Assembly: GCA_017499595.2 (NCBI GenBank)
Contig: CM039001.1
Span: 1,240,001 to 1,304,000, forward strand
Direction of reading: 5' to 3'
Length of the DNA: 64,000 nucleotides
DNA from: Psilocybe cubensis
Lineage: Eukaryota
In this document: piece by piece, positions 1 to 13,850 of the stretch
Layout: each line of letters starts with the position of its first letter
Numbering within the stretch: position 1 is the first letter of the stretch
The notes under the pieces: model-generated
What the model saw: the letters and a program-made list of their open reading frames with translations, nothing else
The model's database searches: none
What the model was told of the DNA's origin: nothing
Translations under genes and position numbers: made by a program

Positions 1-341
1 ACAGCAGTGTGAGCAGTTTAGTCAAGCGGTAAATTCAGGAATCTTTACTGTTAGATCCTATGTTTGAAGTACCGTAAGTACCAACAACTTCCTGCGTTAA
101 AAGCTTCAAATTTACGCATCGAATTCGACCTAACATTGACAGAGGCTCGGTGAGTTTTCTCAATATTAGTTCTGCCGTTGCCTCTGAATAAGACTGTTTC
201 TCTGTGTAGGATATTTTTCACGTTTTAATCACGGTCAATACTGTAAAAGGAACAGCACCACCAGGATACTGGAAGAAAGGTCAGGCTGTCAAGTTCTGGG
301 AAGCCTGGGCAACTGAAGAAGGACATTACACCCAACTTTAA
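1..341 (+). CDS. 3' end of an unidentified intron-containing gene (partial)
   Basis: Splicing exons 1-8, 55-73, 143-149 and 210-341 over GT-AG introns gives an open frame QQYPMFEVPGSDIFHVLITVNTVKGTAPPGYWKKGQAVKFWEAWATEEGHYTQL*. Family not recognised. Confidence 0.6.
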
Positions 342-625
342 GGAGATTGGTTCACGGTTGGATCTTTGGGTACTAGACAATCTCTTCGGGTGAATTTGTA
401 TTTGTACATCTGTAAAATAATCTGACGTTTATAATGTACTCGTTCGATGCATTCAAAGGCGCCGATTTATGGCAGGGTCGCCAAACATTTACAACAACAA
501 ATTGAACAGTGTTCCATTTTGTATCAGGAATATAAAAGTAGCGAGGACTGTAAGGCAGAAATTTGACGCAGAATGGAGTTGCATTCTACGCGCACACAAA
601 ACCCCATCGATAACGATGATGGAAC

Positions 626-1508
626 TTAATCCTTCTTCGGCTCTTCCTCAGTAGGCTTTTCCTCTTCTGCATTCTCTTTTTCCTCAGTCTTTTCCTCGAC
701 TTTCTCCTCTTCCTCCTCTTTCGTGGCACCCTCTGTCTGGACTGGGGCTTTGCCACTTAGCGCCAGATTGGTCTTCTGAGCATCTTCGAAGGCAGCCTTG
801 AAAAGCTTAGCATCTGTTTAGCGAGTTAGAATTGTTGCTGAGTATCTAGATACCAAAATCTCACTCTCGGGATTGGCAAAGCGGATGGCAAGAGTTTCTG
901 CGGTAGGAGGCTGTTCAGAGTAGTCTGCGGCAACTTTCCAGACCCAGCTCCTGTCAGATCCGACATTGGGTTGCAATCGCATATCACCAGAAACTATGGA
1001 TCGATAAGATAATATATCCAATGATACAATGATAGCGCAGTACTCACTAACGTGGTTTGCGCAAACCTTCAAGGTCTTGTCGCGTCTCATCACAAGTCTG
1101 ACTTTCTTGGTTTCCTTGTGCGAAAGCAGACGAACATCACCAGTTCCGCGCTCCTTCCATTCAGTAGAGTCAGCGTCAAAGCGGAACAGCTTTGCGCGCC
1201 TTTTTTGCGTAAAAATGGCCAGTTGGTTAGTGGCGCTGATTTATCGCGATCGCGTCGATTAAGCTAACGCACATCTTGAAAAGAACTTCCTCATCTTCCT
1301 CATTAGTTTTCGTGTCGACTTGCTCGGTGAGCTTGATTACAGGTTCGAAGTGAACGTCGACCTCATCTTCCTACAAAGCGAGGAGAGTATCGTCAGTAAA
1401 TTTGAAGTACAACAGATATGGAGAAAAGGCCAGAAGCAGGGAGATGATCAAAGAAATGAGATAGAGTATACTTGCCCTAGCGACAATTGCAGAGGTGTTT
1501 TCCGACAT
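626..1508 (-). CDS. YRB1: Ran-binding protein 1 (RanBP1)
   Basis: Spliced exons give [65 protein letters not shown] and LAIRFAN, plus an E/K-rich tail. This is a RanBD domain. Confidence 0.96.
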
Positions 1509-1731
1509 GTTGAATCGAGGATCGTATGTATAGTTCGTGAATTAAAGATGAAGATTGCTGCAGATCGCGGAGTCAAGCTGATAGAAAATGTATCTAGACC
1601 GATTAGGACATGACCCCAGAACCCTAATTTGGGGTCTATGCCATTTGCGTCAATGACGACTTATAGTTGTACATAGTCAGCTTAATCAAATTCATACCTA
1701 ACTTCTGACTCGACATTATTTCTTTGGGACA

Positions 1732-4214
1732 ATGCCCAGACGTTCGCACTCTAGGTCTCCGCGCAGACACCGTGACGTGGAACCGCGCAATGACCGAGAA
1801 ACACACTCATCTAATCGCGACCACAAATCAAAAGACGAGGAGCGGAGGTCAAGGGCCAGAAGTCGGAGTAGAAGTAGGGACAGAGACAGAGAATCTCGTC
1901 ACCACAAACGGGACCGAAGCAGGAGTAGGGATGGAGAGCATAAAGAAAAAAAGTAAGTGTGCTTTTACTTCTATTTAATGAATGGAGTCTCAAGCCATTT
2001 ATCGTGCTAGACGGAAACGTGATAAATCCGAAGAGAGAAGGGCCCGTAAGGCTGAGAAACGACGTATAAAGGAAGAGGAAGAAGCTCGACGTGTTGCTGA
2101 GCTTAGTATATATAGCGCGACCGACAACCCATTCCACGACGTAAATCTTGACCAACAATTCAATTGGCATAAAAAGAACGAAATGGAACGCAAGAAAGGC
2201 CTCACTTTGGCTGAATCCCAGAGGAGGGATGCTATACGGAGACAAGAGGCGAAAGAAGAGCTCGAGCGGCTAAACAGACGCCGTGCTGAGAGGGAAGTGG
2301 AAGCAAGGCTGAGGGAGGAAGAGGAACTAAGGATGTCGAGGCTCCAAGAATCAGCACAAATGTCTGAATGGCTATCCAAAGACGGAGACTTCCAGTTGGA
2401 ACAGGAAAGAAGAAGAGCAGCTATTCGAATAAAAGAAAAGAGGGCGAAAGCCATTGATTTTCTAGCGTTAAATTTGAAGTATGTCAATCCTCCGAATGAC
2501 GAGGAAGAGAAGGAAGAGGATGAAGAGGAAGCCGGCCTTGAGATCGATCTCGACGAGCCATATAACATTTTTGATGTGAGTCTTGCCAAACTTATTCTCC
2601 TCTCTCTTAAGTTATAAAATTACCAGAATTTATCATCTGATCAAACTCACGAATTACACAACGATATTGAACGTTACCTTGGTTTGGAAACATCTGAAGT
2701 TAATATTGACTTCTGGACGGTAGGGTTTCATTACATATCATAACCAGTATTGCTCACACAACTACAGAATATGATGGTGGTTTGCAAGGACCGTTTGGAC
2801 CGTATCCAATCCGATAAACGCATGGGTGTTGAAGCTGCCGCCGCCGTGGAAGCTGATATAGCAGCATTGCTAGCCGGAAAGTCCTATGACGAACTGTCAT
2901 CTTTACAACGACGTATCCAGGAAAAGCTTACAAGCGGAGAACCTGTCGATACCGACTATTGGGAGGGCTTATTGAAAAAGCTATTAGTTTGGAAGTCAAA
3001 GGTAATATGTGCCGCCCCTTTGGAGATCATATCATTCACCCAAACCATGTAGGCAAAACTTAGAAGTCTACACGAAGTTGTAGTTCGCAATAGGCTCGAA
3101 CAATTGAGAAAACGCCAACGCGACGAAGCTTTACAGGCTCAAGAAGAACTTCTTGCTGGTGTCGCACGTTCTGCAATTCGAAGACATGCTGCTGAGCCTG
3201 TTGTCGAGATGGGAGCTATTGAAGAAGTGATACCTACGGAAGATATTGAAAAGTACGACCGCGCGATGAGCCCTCCCATGATAGATATAACCAAGTTGGC
3301 GCAAGACGAGCGGGAGATCGACATTTTGATTGATAAAGAGGACCGCCGAGCATTGGTACGACACTCTATCTCAGATATTTATATGTCTTACATTGCATCT
3401 ATTTTGCACAGTTTGAGCAACGTAGAGCTGTTGCTGCTTCCCGCTTCGTTCCCAAAGCTGCTCAGGCTGCTCCTGTCGAAGTTGAAAACGAAGAAGCAGC
3501 CGCAAGTAGCGCAGACCTCGCGTCGGAAGCCCTCTACAGGGCAGAAGCAGAGAAAGATCTTGATGAAGAGGAAGAATTGTTCAATTTAGAGGAAAACATC
3601 ACTAATCCAACAAGTTACAACTGGGAAGATAAATATCGGCCTCGAAAACCAAGGTACTTCAATCGCGTTCACACTGGTTATGAGTGGAACAAGTACAATC
3701 AGACACATTACGAGTTAGTCCTTCCATCCCGTTTTGTGTCGGTATGTAAAGTTCTGATTGATCTTGCATAGCACCGATAACCCCCCACCAAAAGTTGTTC
3801 AAGGATACAAGGTTCTTTGATTTCTACCAAGATTTGCTTACGCTTCTAACATAATTTTCGTAGTTTAACATATTCTATCCTGACCTCATTGACAAATCGA
3901 AGGCGCCTACATACAAAATTGTCAAAGAGCCAGGCAATGACGAAACCGTACTATTACATTTTAGTGCAGGGCCTCCTTACGAAGATATCGCATTCCGCAT
4001 TGTTAACCGTGAATGGGAATTCTCGCATAAACGGTAAGTTTGCTGCACCCTCACCCACGTGTCCCATGCGCTCACTCTGTATTCCAGTGGTTTCAGAAGT
4101 AGTTTCGACCGAGGGTGTCTGTCATTATGGTTTAATTTCCGACGCAACGTAAGTAGTATTCGCTCTGCCCGGAACAGACCTACTAACATTTCTGATCAGT
4201 TCTACCGTAAATAA
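1732..4214 (+). CDS. Splicing factor cactin
   Basis: RS-rich N-terminus, YSATDNPFHD, FQLEQ..RRAAIRIKEKRAKAIDFL, WEDKYRPRKPRYFNRVHTGYEWNKYNQTHY, DNPPPKVVQGYKFNIFYPDLID and AGPPYEDIAFRIVNREWE. Ends FYRK*. Confidence 0.95.
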
Positions 4215-6023
4215 ATGTTACCGTGGTCGCTGGATGTTGAATTCACATCCTTCTGTGTTTGCCTTCGACTGTTCTTCTATCATGGTAACAGCTCATTTGA
4301 CAATTCCTGTAGATCAAGTCAACTGTTAAATGCAACTAATCTACGACTACTATATTTTTTGGTCCATCATAAATTGCGGGACACACTTTCTGTGCCTTCG
4401 GATGCTTTACAGCCTTTAAGGGTGGCAAATTGCATATTGTGACTCACGTATGGCTAACTCTGTAGACAATGGTACTCTCAAGTTCAGACCTCAATCTATT
4501 TGACTACAAAAATTTTTCGACGCGTTTGCATTGAACCCAAGCTCTCTGCGCTGCCTGCCTCTTGGACACTTACAACAATTTTCTTTGCTCTTCAAATTTT
4601 ATCTCTAGCCGCTTATCTTCCATGTGAGGTTTATGCTTGCATCTACTTTGTCTCAATAGGTCATAGATTTGCGATCGAGTGGAACGTACTGCGTCATTTA
4701 TACTGGACTTTTTTCACTTGTTCTTCCTCCTCAGATCTTGTTTATGTATGACAGAAAGCTGTCCAGACGGAGGCAATACTTTCCCAAGTCTCTCAGATCA
4801 CCAGGCAGACCTGGGCCGCCTCGGTGTTATCGGCGCAACTTACGACTTCTACCCCAGTCATATTGTCAATAGCGCCTGAAAACTTCAATAGTAAGGAGAT
4901 GGCTTTCTAATCTTCTACTTTTTCAACGAAAAGATGGCGTCCCTCTCATACGTCGATCCCTTGTGTGCTTGTGAGTTTCCTTGCTATGGCTCTGATACTC
5001 GCAGCTCGCAGTACATTAGTATTTGCATTCGTGGCAATGCATTCCAGCTTTTACCCAGCGATCTTTTCAAGATGAGTTCCCTGTATACACTAAACGTGAT
5101 CATGGTCGCCCTTAGACTCACTTTATCTTCCAAATATTTCCGAGATGAGCACAGCTTCAAATGGTATATGATACATACCTCCTACCAAGTCATTCAAATA
5201 TTACACTGAGGTACTAAATTTCTAACGGCCCTACAGTAACTCCCTTCTCAAATCCAATTTCTCATCATGCGGTGCTTGATCTTGAGCTTGCCAGGTTTAA
5301 TCTTTTCCTGCAGTTTGCAGAATGGGGCCGACATTTGCAATATCTTCTGGGACATGGCCACAAAGACCATCTCTATCAGGCCTTTTCAAACTGTTGGCCA
5401 AAATCTACAAAACTTTCCCAGAAAACATGCCACTCTAAGATATTTGGTAAATTTATGTGCATGTAGTCCTTCGCCTGCCAAATCATCAAATTTTTAGTCC
5501 ATACAGACCCTTTCAAGACTGGCTGAGTTTATAATAACCTGCAAGTATGATTTTTGAAACTAAGATCATAATTTTACAACCTGACACAAGTTGAGCTTCC
5601 GGTTTTATACAATTTTTGGAAAGGCATTGTGAGGTTATGACTCAATGATTCGACATGCGCCACCCCGGACTTCGTAGTAGTCACTACATCCAATGTTGGT
5701 TTTATTCAAGTCTTGACGTTTGTGTTTGGCAACCACACTGCTTAATTTATTTTATTTTATTTTTATCTACAGTGCTCATAACTACGAGCGAGGATTGAAC
5801 CATCCACTAGGAATGTTTCGACTCACCATGGCCGATTGCCGAATCGGATTAATAAAGCGTAATGATCACATGACCCAATTAGATCGCGACTCGTAGTTAG
5901 AATGCGGTGACTATGCAGTTGTAATCAGCTCTTCACGAGTCATCCACTCCTCCCTTTTCGAAACCTACCTTCATCTGCCCAAATCCCATTTGTTGAAAAC
6001 TTATACCGTTAACTCTTTTTACG

Positions 6024-9000
6024 ATGGCCGATTCTGCCAGCCTTGCCAATAAGATGGATATCGACGAGGCCGCGATCGATGAAGGTCTCTATTCTCGCCA
6101 ACTGTAAGTATCAAACCTCCTGCCTATACAGATCATTCACAAGCCATGCTATAGTTATGTGCTGGGGCATGAAGGTATTTCAAATCAACGTAGTAGAGCC
6201 TGCAATCATTAATGATGTTCTAGCTATGAAGAAGATGGCTGCATCCAATGTGCTCATCGTCGGAATGCGAGGTCTTGGTGTCGAAATCGGTGAGCGCCAT
6301 TCTACATGAATCCCAAACTTAAAACTGAAGATAATGTAGCCAAGAATATTGCACTCGCTGGTGTGAAATCAGTTACTATCTATGACCCAGAGCCTGTCAC
6401 TGTTCAGGATCTTAGCTCGCAAGTATGTCTGCGCGGTATCTAAATTCTCCAATTCTCATTCTGGTTCAGTTTTTCCTACGAGCCGAAGATGTCGGAAAAT
6501 CGCGAGCTGCAGCGACTCTACCGCGATTGGCTGAGCTCAACACTTACGTTCCCGTTCGAGATCTCGGCGGAAACCCTGGGGAAGAAATAACGGTCGACCT
6601 CGTTAAAGGTTTCCATGTATGTATAATCAAGATGGCTGTACGTCAAATGCTAACAACTTTTATAGGTTGTCGTCCTTTGCGAGGTATCATATCAGAAGCA
6701 GTTGGAAATTAATGACTGGACCCATGAACATGGCGTACACTTCGTTGCCGCTGAGACTAGGGGCCTTTTTGGGTACTTCTATTGCTTTTTTTAGTTTTCA
6801 TTAAGTGTTTTATGCTCACTATACTCTCTAGATCCGCGTTTAACGATTTTGGCTCGAAATTTACCTGTGTAGACACCACCGGCGAACAGCCACTGAGTGG
6901 GATGATTGTCTCTGTTGACAAGGTGAATTTATCACTGTCCAACCAATGTCTAGTTTCTAATTCAATCACAGGATACAGAGGGTGTTGTTACTTGCCTTGA
7001 CGAGACAAGACATGGTTTAGAAGATGGTGACTTTGTCACCTTCTCTGAGGTTCAAGGAATGACGGAACTCAACGGATGTGAGCCCCGAAAGATTACTGTT
7101 AAGGGACCGTACACCTTCAGTATTGGCGACACTTCAAGCCTTGGCGATTACAAAACTGGAGGAATCTTTACTCAAGTTAAGATGCCGAAGATTCTGAACT
7201 TTGTGAGGAACAGACATCTATATGCTTCATTTATTTGCTAATTCCATTGTAGAAATCTCTCAGAGAGTCCCTCAAGAGCCCAGAATTCTTCATCAGCGAT
7301 TTCGCCAAATTTGATCGTCCTGCCCTCCTACATGTTGGATTTCAGGCGCTGTCAGACTTTGCTACTCGCCACAACCGACTTCCCAAAGCACGAAATGAAG
7401 AGGATGCTAATGCCGTCGTTGCTTTGGCGAAGGAACTGGACCCTGACGTGGACGAAAAAATTCTGAAGGAGCTTGCTTATCAGGCTACTGGTGATTTACC
7501 TGCTATGAATGCAGTCCTTGGAGGGTTTGTTGCTCAAGAGGTACTCAAAGCCTGCTCTGCCAAGTTTCACCCAATGTTTCAACATCTGTATTTCGACTCT
7601 TTGGAGTCATTGCCGAACGAGTTACCTAAGGAAGCGGATTGCCAGCCTATTGGATCGAGATATGATGGTCAAATAGCAGTCTTTGGCAAAACTTTCCAAG
7701 ACAAGGTGGCAAATCACCGGCAGTTCCTTGTGGGGTCGGGGGCCATCGGGTGTGAGATGCTCAAGAACTGGAGTTTAATGGGTGTCGCTTCTGGTCCAAA
7801 CGGCATAATTCATGTCACAGATTTGGATACCATTGAAAAGAGCAATCTTAATCGTCAATTCCTTTTCAGAGCCAAAGATCTCGGTAAATTTAAGGCTGAG
7901 GTTGCTGCTATCGCGGTCGCAGATATGAATCCCGATCTGTCAGGCAAGATTCTGGCTAAGCAGGAACCTGTCGGACCCGCAACTGAAAGTCAGTGTTTAT
8001 ACATGTTATCAACTCTATTTTTCTTTTAACTGCGACACAGATATCTATGATGAGGCGTTCTTTGACGGCATTGATGGAGTAACGAACGCATTGGATAATG
8101 TGAAAGCTCGTATGTACACAGTCTCCTACACATTGCATGTTCTTTCTATAATACTATACGTTATAGGTTTGTATATGGACCAACGCTGTGTCTTTTATCG
8201 CAAGCCGCTACTGGACTCTGGAACTCTCGGCACCAAAGGAAATGTCCAAGTTATCATTCCAAACCTTACGGAATCATATGCTTCGTCGCAAGATCCTCCT
8301 GAGAAGGAAACACCTTCCTGTACGATCAAGAACTTCCCCAATGCCATTAACCACACCATTGAGGTCACAATTTAACTTTTATTCCAAATTATGTTGCTCA
8401 TCCATTCATTTAGTGGAGTCGTACTCAATTTGACAACTTGTTTGTTAAACCTGCTCAAGCCGCCAATGCTTACCTTTCGGAGCCCAATTATCTAGAAAGC
8501 ACATTGAAGTATTCGGGTCAACAGAAAGAACAAATTGAGCAGATTGTATCTTTCTTGGTCACTAATAAACCTTTGACTTTTGAGGAATGCATTATCTGGG
8601 CTCGTTTGCAATTTGAGCGGGATTACAACAACGACATCCAGCAACTTTTGTTCAGTTTGCCCAAGGATGCTACAACCAGCACTGGACAGCCTTTCTGGAG
8701 CGGACCCAAGAGAGCACCTGATCCTCTTGTTTTTAACGCCAATGATGTAGGTTCTGCCGCAGTTTTCAACGTCATATATCTAACTTTTGAATACCGAAAG
8801 CCTACTCATCTGGACTACATTATTGCTGCAGCCAATCTGCATGCTTTCAACTATGGCCTTCGTGGTGAAACAAATCCGGCCATCTTTCGAAAAGTAGTGG
8901 AATCAATCATTGTACCTGAATTCACACCAAAGAGCGGTGTCAAAGTACAAATTTCCGACAATGACCCAGTTCCTCAAAACAACGCCGGAGCAGGTCAGTA

Positions 9001-9929
9001 AACTCATCATATCATAAAACCATATGTATTTAATTAGTTGAATACCTATTTTAATAGATGTCGATACAGAAGACTTGGCCCGCCAACTTCCTTCTCCTTC
9101 TTCTCTTGCAGGATATCGCCTCACTCCTTGCGAATTCGAGAAGGATGACGACACTAATCATCATATTGATTTCATCACGGCTGCTTCCAACCTTCGGGCC
9201 ATGAACTACAACATCACCCCCGCTGACAAGCATACAACAAAGCAGATCGCTGGAAAAATTATTCCAGCCATTGCCACTACCACATCACTTGTCACAGGAT
9301 TAGTGTGCTTGGAGCTTTACAAGGTGCGTAACCCTTTTCTCCTTCAAAAAGCATTGCTAAATCTTCAGCGTATTCAATAGATTATTGATGGAAAGAAACG
9401 CCTAGAAGACTACAAGAACGGCTTCGTCAACCTGGCCTTACCTTTCTTTGGCTTCTCAGAGCCTATTGCAGCCAAGAAATCCAAGTATAGAGATGTTGAG
9501 TGGACACTGTGGGACCGGTTCGAGTTTACAAACGACCCTACATTAAAAGATATTGTGGAATACTTTGAGAGAGAGCACAAGCTTTCGGTTACAATGGTTA
9601 GCCAGGGCGTGAGCATGCTTTGGAACTCTTGGATTGGAAAGAAGAAGGTGAACCTCTTTGTTGCGTTTATTTTTTAATGCATGTCCCTGAATATGCATAT
9701 TTTTTCACATAGAGCGACGAGAGGCTGCCTATGAAGTTCAGCCACCTGGTTGAACATGTCAGCAAGAAGCCCATTCCTCCTCACTCTAAGCACCTTGTTG
9801 TTGAGGTCATGGTGACAGATGAGGAAGATGAAGATGTCGAGGTCAGTATCTGGCATATTTTTCCATAATCTTCCTTACAATTGATATACCTTCGTGGCAT
9901 AGGTCCCATTCATTGTCGTCAAGATCTAA
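6024..9929 (+). CDS. UBA1: Ubiquitin-activating enzyme E1
   Basis: [44 protein letters not shown], active-site [23 protein letters not shown] and [13 protein letters not shown] across many exons. Confidence 0.98.
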
Positions 9930-11457
9930 GTATCACGAAGGACTACGCGGCACGGCATGTGTCAACTATATCATACCTGTACTATTCATACACATGTACA
10001 TACCATGTCAATATTGCCAGAATAGAAGTTGAAGTATCATACCATACCATGAGGACCAAAAAGCATGATGCATTTTTGATATCCAAGATAGTAGACAATG
10101 TGAATGTGCAACAACATAAATTGACGTATAGTTTTGCATAGCTACATATCTTTTTCAAAAAAAAAAAATTATCCTGCGGCAAAGTCTGGAATAATGCATG
10201 GGGGCGACGAAGTTGATGGAAAAGGGGAAGGGGTGGTGGTTGAGGAGAAGCGGATGAAAAGATAACTAGCGAAGATGTTGAAGAGGGTAAGTGGGAAAGA
10301 ATATGGCGGGAGTAAGAGGATGTGGGGGTTGAATAAAAGGTATATGACGTGCGAAGAAGAGAAAGAAAGAAATAGAAGAAAAGAAGTAAAAGGAAAAAAG
10401 AAGCGCAAAGAATATAGAACAGCGTGTTTTTGTGCTTTTATAATAAGTCGTGTACGATTTCGTGTAACGCCTTGAATCGAATGGAGAGAAGTGTGAATAT
10501 GAGAATGACAACAATCCAAAATAGGTGAAGACATCGTGATAAAAAAAAGGCCAGGTAGGCCTAAAAAAAGAAATCATGAGAACATGCCGATTTAACCATA
10601 CGATGGAAAAGAACGATGGGAGCGGATGTGTGTAGCGATGGCGATTATTAGTGGGATAGGTAAGAGATGATAAATACCAACGAGAACTGGACGGTGATAC
10701 GGAGGCAGGAGGAAAAAGGCAAGACACGGGTGTAAGGGTTGTGGCGTGATTTGGGAGTAAGGGGGGCGGCGCTTCAAGGAAAACGAGTCTGGGATGAGCA
10801 AAGAACAGGAAAAAATAAGGAGTAGAAAAGACTATTCGACGATGTGTGCGTCCCGAAAAAAATATATACCAGGGATGGCTCGAAAAGGAAGAACGGTTCG
10901 AAATATGAAAAAAAGAAAGTCCAATGGAAAGGGCGGTGCGGGTAAATGTGGTCGAACCGGGACGGCACGGTAACGACTGTGTGATGCGGAATGTGCGAGG
11001 TGTGTTCCGGAGAGATTTGATGCCATGTGAGAGGAGGTCCTTCGTGACCCAGACAGAAATGATGTCTTCGAAATAGATGGGGCCAAAAAAATGTTATCAG
11101 GACAAGGGAAGCATGAACAAAGCAGCAGATAAGAGGGCCCGTTAATCACCAAAGGAAAAGCGAGAAACAATGGAAATAGTACACGGCGCGTGACGAAGAA
11201 ACTTCAGACAGAGAGAAACTGAAACGAAACTAATCCCGCGATCTACATGGAAAGCGTAGGCGGGTTTGGTGGTCGAGCGTAGTGTAGTGTCGATGATTGT
11301 TAACGAGAAACCGAGAAATGATAATGAGAATGTTGGACGAGAGACGATAAGAATCTAGAGAGAGAGAGAGAATGAAAAAAATCAGGGCCGCGCAGGTGAT
11401 GATAGCGACTCTTGAAGCATGAGGTCAAGAGGCTTAGAATTGAATGGGGTCCCTTTT

Positions 11458-13850
11458 TCACCAGGCGGGTTGCATGCCCACAGTGGGTATGTGTACATAG
11501 GCAGGGCCATGATAGGGGTAGTGGCCAGCAGCAGAGTCTCTCCATCTAGGCTCGCTTTCATGAATAGGAGCGTGATCCCCACAGAAGCGCGATTGAGAGA
11601 ACGAGCGCATATGGTTATGCGACAATAAAGTATCTTGATCATAGGACAGCGAATGAGAGCGTGAGTGGGGAATCTGCGAGAAACCATGGTTGAACGGGTT
11701 GTAACCGCCTATGTACATATTAGGCACGTCATATGCAAGGCTCGCTGCAGGTTGCTTCACGGGCAGATATCCGAAGTTCCAGGTCTGGTTGTATGGTACA
11801 TCGCGCGGCCGGCATATGGGGTACGTGGTAGAGGAAGCTAGCGGGGGCGCTTGAACTGCGACGTAATGTCCATTGGAACGATTCCTGTCCCGGAGGATAG
11901 GCTCATCCCCCGACGGGCTCCATTTTGCTGGGGGTGGCAACGCTTTGACAGACATCTCCGACTTGTTCCACCTATCGGCAACCTGTCCACTGTGGGCTTG
12001 CGCATTTTGCGACGCTAATTTGCTGGCACGACGTTTTGGCAGATATTCCTCGCGAAGGGGACCATCTTCGTCAAGGTCTATTTCGAGATCCATCGCCAAG
12101 GCTGCTTGTTCCTTCTCCTCTCTCTCTCGAAGCCTCTCTTCAATGCCAAGGAAAACGGGCTGGGGCACGTTGCAAGCGGACTTGACGTTAGTTGGCACAT
12201 TGATGATCCCTTCGATCGACTTGCGAATGATCGAGTGAGGGTTCGAAGATGGCCGTGAGATTGGCTGTGGGTAGGAAGGAGAGGACAGCGACAAGTGGTA
12301 AGAAAGAATGTGAGACAACCATTGCGACCACTGTGCGTTGGAGATGGACAGATCGTAGCTGAAGATGTCGAGGGCAAGGGCCTCAAGACAATTCAACGTC
12401 TGCACAGAGATGTTTGAGATCGAATGCCTATTTTACATGGATCAATTTTGTCATTACACTTTAGGAAAAAAAACCTACCAAGTCTTGTTGCTAAATGTGT
12501 GGTCGTCAAGCCATTTGTTAGCCAACATACATCCAAGGACTACAACGCGGAAAACGGGGTTTGCGTCTGCTGTACGATGTTCCAAAGATCCGATCCCATC
12601 CCCCAATAGAGCGGCTCTAAATGCCTTCTCCTTGACAAACTCTTCGCCAAGAGGGGCAGCGGCAAAGTAAACAGGAAGGCGAACGATGTACCAAACCGCC
12701 AAAAACACGGCAGAAGGTTGCAAGAGAGTAGAAAGCAGTAAGGAATGGATAGACGGAGCCAAGTAATCCGGCATTGAAACGGTAGCATATGCGGCAGCGT
12801 TCATTCTGTTGAATGCATTGGTAAATATGACGACGTAAGAATAGCAGAGAAACAGGCTTACGCAGGTCGGGAGAAGGCTTCCGGCAAGCTAAATCCAGTG
12901 GTACATACCTTCCAAACATAGACAGCTACCCATTCGGACAGTGGTTGCGAGAGCTTTTTGTAGCCTACAGATGTGGTTGGAGGGACAGTGTCAGCAACAG
13001 GATCCTGTTGCTTCGGCTCGTCGGCTATGGTAGGATAAACTGGGGCCACTTGGTAAGTCTCAAACGCTGGTCGGTAGTAGTCGTGGGTGATGCTGCGTTC
13101 CGCATACTGATTGTCCAGAGGGGCAGGCTGCGCTTGAGCGACAGCACGATCGACGAACTCGCCGAAAGGCGTGACAGGTTCCAGAGGACTTGATCCCGTT
13201 TCCGGGCCACTGGCCGAACCTGGGGACTGATCATGGAAGATGGGAGAGAAAGCACCGGCCTGGCAGGATCGATTGTAACTTGCCGAATCCGTCAGATACT
13301 GGATAGGAGAAGGATTGGAGGTGAAACCGCGGGGGTCATCCTCTACCATGGCATCTACCGCATCCCGACTGGCGAGAAGGGTGTCATCCCATTGTAGTTG
13401 ATGGGCGGAGGGGTAAGCAGAGTTCACTGCCTCAACGTCCATATCGAACCGGGCGTGGCCTAGATCGAAATGTCGGGGGGCCCGGGTGGCCTCCTGACGA
13501 TACTCGAACGGATTACTATTCATGGGCGGGATACACGCTTCAGCGTGTGACCCTTTAATGACTGGCGCGTTCGCCGCGGCAGTCAACCCTAGGTAAAAAT
13601 CCTGCGTCTCTGAGTGTTGGGGAGGCAGACCGACCTCGTCGGAGCTGAGGCGCTGCTTGCTCGTCCTCCAGGAAGGCAGCGAGACGAGCCACTCTTCGCA
13701 AGCGCTCAAGGAGGAAAACGGAGCCGCTGGGGGAGCAGGCAGGGGGCCTGTGACGCACTGGGTGGAAATCGAGTGGCCGGGAGCACGCTGAGAAGATTTG
13801 TCGACGATATGAGCCTGGGGCTTTGTCTGACGAGGTACGGAGACTGGCAT
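11458..13850 (-). CDS. Pho80/Pcl/Clg1-type cyclin-like protein
   Basis: Cyclin-box signature LGCMLANKWLDDHTFSNKTW followed by LNCLEALALDIFSYDL. Three long ORF pieces joined by two introns. First ATG is at 13850. Confidence 0.85.

Noticed and set aside
1999..2589. 196-aa antisense ORF over cactin, and similar shadow ORFs over KCS1, RAT1, FAR11 and DRE2
   Set aside because: These are mirror frames of biased coding sequence with no recognisable motifs.
5590..5625. AATTTTTGG Sm-site-like motif
   Set aside because: No U1, U2, U4 or U5 signature nearby.
5779..5810. tRNA-like GGTTCAATCC on the minus strand
   Set aside because: The T-stem does not pair properly and no cloverleaf could be built.
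10169..11170. Hydrophobic F/L/S-rich ORFs resembling membrane proteins
   Set aside because: They are an artefact of the pyrimidine-rich non-coding tract.
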